64,000 nucleotides of DNA from a virus. A model generated the notes under the pieces. The model was given only the letters and a program-made list of their open reading frames with translations, was not told the DNA's origin and made no database searches. The first letter of the stretch is position 1, and the number at the start of each line of letters is the position of its first letter. Made by a program: the position numbers and the translations under genes. The DNA is taken from IMG/VR virus record IMGVR_UViG_3300014720_002669; one strand, given 5' to 3'. This document shows positions 58,440 through 64,000 of the stretch, one piece after another.

Positions 58440-58788
58440 ACTTGCTCTTACTCAGGAACTGATAACACGTTATCCTGATGCGCCACCTCTTGATGAAGCC
58501 ATGCGTACCTGGTGGCAGAACATTCGAGATGACGGTGGCCTAAGACTCACACACGAAGGCTTCTATGTGTTTGAGAACTTGTTGGAATTGGACAGTTACA
58601 CGTTTGATTTGCCAGAGAAGTTGTTGACTCCCAAGAACCTGCTGGCGCTAGATCGCCGCATGACTTGTCCTTACTACATGGTCAACAATCGCAAACTCAA
58701 CAAACTGGTGATGTTTGGCAGTAAAGAAGCTATGATGGCCACACTGCATGGAGACATGCAGAGATTTATCACAAGTTTAAGTTACTGA
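58429..58788 (+). CDS. Hypothetical protein
   Basis: WW.N.R..GGLRLT..G. Confidence 0.65.
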   Translation: MLNKLALTQELITRYPDAPPLDEAMRTWWQNIRDDGGLRLTHEGFYVFENLLELDSYTFDLPEKLLTPKNLLALDRRMTCPYYMVNNRKLNKLVMFGSKEAMMATLHGDMQRFITSLSY

Positions 58789-59704
58789 TATCACGCTGGA
58801 ATCGCATTTCCATCATGGTTGAATAATCATCCAACAAAAATTTACGTTGCGCACGTAATCGTTCACGATATGGTGCCAAGTCTATACGTCCCTGTATCAA
58901 GTCTTGATTTAGTATCAACGCCTGCTCTGCACGAACTTTATTGGGCATGTGGTCATAACTTGTGTCCACCAAGTCTGAGAACATGTCAAAGCCTAGTTCT
59001 CGACAGTGTTGCACAATGCCCTGATGCCCGACCAAGATAGGTATTTGTTCGGCGGCCATGGCCAACAAGGTCTTTTCTGATATAATTCCCGGGACAGTGG
59101 CATATTCTGTTTCTGTCACAATGTTCACAGCACAAGTGCTGTACATGTAATCCAAGTTTATAAAGTTGTCGACATTGTTGTAGGTGTAGTTGGTGTAGTC
59201 ATGTTGTGGCAAGCGTATGCGATCGTGGTAGCTCAACACACCACCATACCAACCTTGCAATATTTGCATCACACGTGACCTATGATCACACATACGGCCG
59301 TTCAAACACTGCCATGCCTGTGTTCGAGGTTGGCCAACAATGTGTTGCCATTCTGGCCAACGCTGGCGCAGTTGGTTCACAAGATCATAGTTGTGATTGC
59401 TAAACTCAACCAATCGAACGGGCCCTGTGTAAATTTGATCTAATCCGTGATTCCAATATGTCACAACCACACGGTCAGCACGTGATCCATAACGCTGTTC
59501 TATCTGCTCAAGTTCCAGCACACGACCGTCCTGTATGTTTACCAAATCCTGAAAATGCAACAACAAGATGTCTGTGTCAAAGGCAGGCAAGCGCAGGCTC
59601 CATCCTGTGTCAGGCGAGCGGGCACTTTCAAAACAATGATAAACAGGAGTAAATGACACGCCTTTATTGGTCAACTGTTGGGCAAACAAAGCACTGTAAT
59701 TCAT
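58769..59704 (-). CDS. Putative glycosyltransferase-like protein (paralog of 25485)
   Basis: CLNG...HR, NIVTET, SEKT, GFDMF...D.SYD; GTAAATA upstream. Confidence 0.55.
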   Translation of the reverse strand: MNYSALFAQQLTNKGVSFTPVYHCFESARSPDTGWSLRLPAFDTDILLLHFQDLVNIQDGRVLELEQIEQRYGSRADRVVVTYWNHGLDQIYTGPVRLVEFSNHNYDLVNQLRQRWPEWQHIVGQPRTQAWQCLNGRMCDHRSRVMQILQGWYGGVLSYHDRIRLPQHDYTNYTYNNVDNFINLDYMYSTCAVNIVTETEYATVPGIISEKTLLAMAAEQIPILVGHQGIVQHCRELGFDMFSDLVDTSYDHMPNKVRAEQALILNQDLIQGRIDLAPYRERLRAQRKFLLDDYSTMMEMRFQRDISNLNL

Positions 59705-59755
59705 GGCGTATTTACAACAGTCAAAAGGTAGTACTTTTGTAGTACTACTTTCTGG

Positions 59756-59784
59756 TTGACCAAATATGCCCGAAATGCTATAAT
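59756..59784 (+). promoter_or_regulatory. Early sigma70 promoter
   Basis: TTGACC-17 nt-TATAAT with TG extension. Confidence 0.8.
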
Positions 59785-59790
59785 ACACAC

Positions 59791-60120
59791 ATGATGAGAA
59801 AGAAACGCACCGATCGAACCCACATTGTATACACAATCCAAATTGGATTGGAGTACTACATTGGTATTACCGCTAAAACTCAGCGCACCATAAACATGTC
59901 GCTTCGTAGCCGAGTCAACAAGCACATCTACCGCGCTCGCACTGAGAACAAGAGCTGGAACCTGTACGAAGCAATTCGCGCCGCAGGCGAATCTGCTGTA
60001 AACTATGCCATCGTGGACACGGTGCGTGGCAAAGATGTTGCACACCGACTAGAGCGCGAGTTAATACAAAAGTACGCACCTGCGTTGAACACTGATGTGC
60101 GGGTAAAGCAAAACGGTTGA
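59791..60120 (+). CDS. Small GIY-YIG-like nuclease
   Basis: HIVY...YYIGIT, R..KH, E..LI....PALN; leaderless. Confidence 0.65.
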   Translation: MMRKKRTDRTHIVYTIQIGLEYYIGITAKTQRTINMSLRSRVNKHIYRARTENKSWNLYEAIRAAGESAVNYAIVDTVRGKDVAHRLERELIQKYAPALNTDVRVKQNG

Positions 60121-60145
60121 CCAATAATCGCCGTTTTGCTATAAT
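60117..60145 (+). promoter_or_regulatory. Early sigma70 promoter
   Basis: TTGACC-17 nt-TATAAT, same flanks as 59756. Confidence 0.8.
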
Positions 60146-60175
60146 ATACATATAGCAAACAACCTGGAGTCAGCA

Positions 60176-60550
60176 ATGGAACAGTTCAAATCGTGGGAAG
60201 ACATGACAGATCTTGAGCAAGCCCAATGCACCTATTGGGACATGTACAAGGACGCTTATGGCCATCGTCCCCGTGGTGTTGACACCAGTGCCTGGACTCT
60301 AGAAATGTTTGAACACGAATTCAAACATCTGGCAGTGATTATTGATCGCGAAGAAGCCGATCGTAGGCTCTCTGAGGCTCTGGCTGTCAAGAAGTTTGAA
60401 CAGCATGTACTCAACACCATTTGCATGGGTGCTCGGGACCGCGAAACTGCCCTGAACTGGATCATGGATGCTAGCAACGCCAATGGCGACTGGGAGTATC
60501 TGTGTTGGGACCTGGGCTTGCCCTATCATTATTTTAGAAAGGTGGCATGA
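60176..60550 (+). CDS. Hypothetical early protein
   Basis: WDMYKDAYGHRPRG; GGAG SD. Confidence 0.7.
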   Translation: MEQFKSWEDMTDLEQAQCTYWDMYKDAYGHRPRGVDTSAWTLEMFEHEFKHLAVIIDREEADRRLSEALAVKKFEQHVLNTICMGARDRETALNWIMDASNANGDWEYLCWDLGLPYHYFRKVA

Positions 60551-60759
60551 TGAAATTCACAGTTGAATGGAATGACCCAATGCATCGTTGGGACGTGGTG
60601 CGTTGGGCTACCAGTGCGGAAGGTGTATGGGCTGGTACCACAGTGGACCGATGTTCGGTGCTTGAGGATGCAGAAGAAATTTGTGCATATCACACAGACA
60701 TGATGAACCCTGAATTGTGGGCAGATCATGAATGTGAATTTGATCGGGAGATAGCATGA
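60547..60759 (+). CDS. Hypothetical early protein
   Basis: ATGA overlap. Confidence 0.55.
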   Translation: MMKFTVEWNDPMHRWDVVRWATSAEGVWAGTTVDRCSVLEDAEEICAYHTDMMNPELWADHECEFDREIA

Positions 60760-61175
60760 CCATGCCTGCTGGACGATACTACATTGGTGACCTGTGCTAT
60801 GTCATGCACCCAGAATGGTCAGAGTGCTGTGACTTGTTTTTCCCACCTGGATCCTCGGGCCGTGGTGTAGATGGCGAGTTTGTGCTCAAGGACGGTCGAC
60901 GCTTTGCCAACTTTGGTACAGCCTATGGCGATGGCACCTACCGTTCCAGTATTGGCACTGCACACTCTGTGGACTCAGGCAGTATTGGTTGCATACTTGC
61001 GGAACACATTCGCGACACCAAGTACGACCCCACAACCATCCAACAACTGGGTGCATTTGTGGATTTTGCTGAACCTTTTGAAGTGTTGGAAGACACTGGT
61101 ATGATTGTGTTTGGTCATGTCCGGATAGAAACCAACACCGACTATGATTGGGACCAAGAGGAGAGTGAACAATGA
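60756..61175 (+). CDS. Hypothetical early protein
   Basis: YYIGDLCY, TAYGDG, VDSGSIG. Confidence 0.7.
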   Translation: MTMPAGRYYIGDLCYVMHPEWSECCDLFFPPGSSGRGVDGEFVLKDGRRFANFGTAYGDGTYRSSIGTAHSVDSGSIGCILAEHIRDTKYDPTTIQQLGAFVDFAEPFEVLEDTGMIVFGHVRIETNTDYDWDQEESEQ

Positions 61176-61456
61176 CCAAAGTTGTGATAAACACATGCCA
61201 CGGTGGCTTTGGGCTCAGTGCCGCGGCTGAACGAAAATACCAGGAACTGGCTGGCATCGCAGACCCTGATTTTCACAGCCGCCTTATACCGCGAGATGAT
61301 CAGCATCTAATTGCTGTGGTCGAACTCATGGGTGCGGCAGCCGACGGCGGTTATGCCGAGTTGAAGATTGTGGACGTGCCCGACGATGTCAATTGGTATA
61401 TCGAGGAATATGATGGTCGAGAATGGGTGGCCGAACGTCACCGAACCTGGGAGTAA
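61172..61456 (+). CDS. Hypothetical early protein
   Basis: KVVINTCHGGFGLS, IEEYDGREWV. Confidence 0.7.
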   Translation: MTKVVINTCHGGFGLSAAAERKYQELAGIADPDFHSRLIPRDDQHLIAVVELMGAAADGGYAELKIVDVPDDVNWYIEEYDGREWVAERHRTWE

Positions 61457-61459
61457 ATC

Positions 61460-61708
61460 ATGGCAACTGAACCTGATGACATGGACATGCCTGAATGGAG
61501 TGATGACTTGGTGGTCAAGTCAGTGCCGGCACAGGACCTGCACCAGGGTCCAGCCACAGTCAAACCCTTGAATCGCAGTTGGGCTCAACAACATGGTCCG
61601 CAACCCCCAGGACCTGGTCTGCGAGCCTTGGATTTCTTAATCTTGGCCATGTTTGCTGTATCTGTGTTATTGTTTATCAAAGCATGCGCCTGGGCATTGT
61701 TCAGTTAG
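61460..61708 (+). CDS. Small C-terminally anchored membrane protein
   Basis: C-terminal TM helix. Confidence 0.55.
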   Translation: MATEPDDMDMPEWSDDLVVKSVPAQDLHQGPATVKPLNRSWAQQHGPQPPGPGLRALDFLILAMFAVSVLLFIKACAWALFS

Positions 61709-61757
61709 GCAAAATTGCTCTAGTTAGGTCCCGGGGCAGAGGCGTTGTATATAGTAC

Positions 61758-61895
61758 ATGAAACGAAAACTTGTCAACCAAGTACGCGAACTGCTAGAAC
61801 GCAATCTCAGCACTGCCGAAATAGCACACAGAATGGGCATTGACATAGACTTGGTCAAGATGGCCACCAATCTCATCAATCAATTGCTGACTTAG
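61758..61895 (+). CDS. 45-aa helix-turn-helix protein, not in the ORF track
   Basis: MKRKLVNQVRELLERNLSTAEIAHRMGIDIDLVKMATNLINQLLT. Confidence 0.6.
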   Translation: MKRKLVNQVRELLERNLSTAEIAHRMGIDIDLVKMATNLINQLLT

Positions 61896-61915
61896 CTGTT
61901 GCATAAGTAATTGCA

Positions 61916-63958
61916 ATGTCAATTACTGATTCCAAAAAAATAATACCCATACAAACCACACAATATCCGACAGTGTCTCCGGTTGCGGTCAGCGACGACA
62001 CGCATGTAAAACTTTCTGAAATGTTTGTGGCTGCACAAAAAAGCCCAACTGAAAGTCGCAAGCAAAAAAATCTCACTGAAGTTGCAATACATCACGAAAC
62101 AATTAGATCAAATCGTGTGGCCCTGATTGTCATGCCTGAATGGAGCACTATTTCACCACCATATGGCATTGCTAGAATGGCAGCACTGAGCAAGCATGCA
62201 GGCTTTGCTACCAAAACATGGGATATAAATGCTGTTTGCAAAAAACAAGCGTCCGCAGAGTTGCTGCAGTATTGTAGCAGTTATGAAGATTGGAAATGGC
62301 AAGACCCTCATTACAGCAAAATATTGCACCCCATGCTTGAGCCAATGCTGTTGCCATACATAGATGAGATTTTGTCTTGGCAGCCCACTGTATTGGGATT
62401 CAGTTGCTGGTACACCAATGATGCATGCACCATGTGGATGATTGAACAATTCAAATGTCGATCACCGGATTTAAAAATCATCATTGGTGGCCCCAATATC
62501 ACGCAAATGAACAACAATGGCAGTGTTGGCTCTGATGGTGGCAGACCCCACAACCCTGCAATCGATCATTATGTGTCTGGCGAAGGGGAGATGTTGTGGT
62601 TACAGGTGTTGGAAAACATAGAAAACCCCACAGAAGATTTGCCAAAATTTTTAGTTCAAAGCAAAGATGCACGTATAGATCTAGACAGTATGCCACCGGC
62701 TGACTACAGTGACTTTGATATTTCGTTGTATGATTCTCGCGGCATCACCAGTGAGTTCAGCCGAGGTTGCATTGCCAACTGTGTGTACTGCAATGAAACA
62801 GTGTTCTGGAAATATCGTGCCAGGCAAGGATCTCGTGTGTTGGAAGAAATTGAAATTGCCTATCGCAATCAACACATACAAAGTGTAACGTTCATAGACA
62901 GTTTGTTGAACGGAAATCTTCGCGAGCTACGAGCATTTGCCGAAGGGTTAATGGAACAAAACATACGCATCAATTGGAGTGGGTACAGTCGAATTGATGG
63001 CAAGATGGATCGAGACTTTTGGGCATTGTTGAAACGATCAGGTGCCACGGGGTTTGCGTTTGGAGTAGAATCTGGATCACAGCGAGTGCTGGACTTGATG
63101 AAAAAGAACTGTCGAGTAGAATGGATAGAACAAAATTTCAACGACATGGCTGAAATTGATTTTTGCAATCAATTTGCCACTTGGTTCACTGGTTTCCCTG
63201 GGGAAGAACTAACTGATGTTGCACAAACACAAACCTTGATGTGGCGACTGCGAAACTCAGGCATGGGAGCTCAAAGTGCTGGCACCTGCGGACTGGGACA
63301 TAACACACCCTTGGATTTGGAACGAGAACGATTTGGTGTGAGACGCATTGACTGGACCCACGGATGGGCCACACAGGACCTGCGCAACACTGTGTTTCAC
63401 AGATTCGTAAGATTCAAACTTACCAATATACTGCTGGAACAATTTAGATTGCACAGTACCAAAAGATCATACCGTCCGCATTGTCAAGAACCTGATTTAA
63501 AGAACCAATATCAAATTGAATCAGACCCTGCAAATTGGGCAGACTCAATTCCTTGGGAAAAAGAATTTGATTACGAGATCATCAAAGTGGATATCAATCC
63601 CATGGCCAATAGTTTGATCAACGAAATCTGGCCCTTGTTGCGAGTGTTTTGGCTGGCCATGGGTGCTTACCGGTTCCGTGTGGAGTTTGATCCAGACCGA
63701 GATCTTAGAGAATTTGGCACAAGGCGCTATCCAAAATATCCCGATCATTGGGCAGCAGGAACAAAATTTGAATTTCGTGCTGTGTACAATTTTGAAATCA
63801 ATGATCAGGGTGTGTGGAATGCAGATTTTGATATCAGCTTGCAAGGCGAAGCCTATGATGACAACCCAGCTGCCAATCATCACAATCAGGGTCGATCATT
63901 GAACTTTGATTTCAAATGGGTTCATACAGATGTTTGGACCAGACCAATAACCACTTGA
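61916..63958 (+). CDS. B12-binding radical SAM protein
   Basis: PPYG, GFS, GGP, GEGE, SRGCIANCVYC, GVESGS, GFPGE. Confidence 0.88.
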   Translation: MSITDSKKIIPIQTTQYPTVSPVAVSDDTHVKLSEMFVAAQKSPTESRKQKNLTEVAIHHETIRSNRVALIVMPEWSTISPPYGIARMAALSKHAGFATKTWDINAVCKKQASAELLQYCSSYEDWKWQDPHYSKILHPMLEPMLLPYIDEILSWQPTVLGFSCWYTNDACTMWMIEQFKCRSPDLKIIIGGPNITQMNNNGSVGSDGGRPHNPAIDHYVSGEGEMLWLQVLENIENPTEDLPKFLVQSKDARIDLDSMPPADYSDFDISLYDSRGITSEFSRGCIANCVYCNETVFWKYRARQGSRVLEEIEIAYRNQHIQSVTFIDSLLNGNLRELRAFAEGLMEQNIRINWSGYSRIDGKMDRDFWALLKRSGATGFAFGVESGSQRVLDLMKKNCRVEWIEQNFNDMAEIDFCNQFATWFTGFPGEELTDVAQTQTLMWRLRNSGMGAQSAGTCGLGHNTPLDLERERFGVRRIDWTHGWATQDLRNTVFHRFVRFKLTNILLEQFRLHSTKRSYRPHCQEPDLKNQYQIESDPANWADSIPWEKEFDYEIIKVDINPMANSLINEIWPLLRVFWLAMGAYRFRVEFDPDRDLREFGTRRYPKYPDHWAAGTKFEFRAVYNFEINDQGVWNADFDISLQGEAYDDNPAANHHNQGRSLNFDFKWVHTDVWTRPITT

Positions 63959-64000
63959 CTTGGTATAGAATCGAAAGATTTATATGTAGAGGTAAAAGGA

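Noticed and set aside
1-64000. Stop-codon reassignment
   Set aside because: Genes tile densely under the standard code, and TAA, TGA and TAG all end genes

Overview
64 kb, gene-dense, almost entirely + strand segment of a large lytic dsDNA phage (jumbo/T4-like gene content, standard genetic code). I saw no rRNA, tRNA, CRISPR array, integrase or reverse transcriptase. Left to right: (i) a ferritin-like gene plus glutamine amidotransferase; (ii) a lysis module (i-/o-spanin candidates, GH19 endolysin, HNH homing endonuclease, holin-like protein); (iii) DnaJ and ClpA; (iv) a late block of putative capsid-internal proteins with T4-CTS-like N-termini, built of small modules separated by [LIV]xE / QGVAE motifs. 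This block includes a 1653-aa nucleotidyltransferase-metallopeptidase-amidoligase polyvalent protein, and the QGVAE junctions are conserved at the DNA level. (v) Glycan-tailoring genes (GTs, PIG-L, six SGNH-like paralogs, radical SAMs) and Dps; (vi) a replication core (DsbA-like, family B polymerase, sliding clamp, RNase H) interleaved with a 7-deazaguanine DNA-modification pathway. That pathway has a DpdA/TGT-like gene, FolE, QueD, QueE and a DpdL-like LxxxHRHxF protein, with no QueC in the window, and is flanked by a glycosyltransferase and a PD-(D/E)xK nuclease; (vii) early-promoter-driven small genes. Non-coding signals: TAAATA late promoters giving near-leaderless mRNAs, consensus sigma70 promoters, a candidate pseudoknot switch before queD, a candidate structured RNA at ~31.5 kb, and a structured polymerase leader. 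All family calls come from reading motifs by eye; no searches were run.
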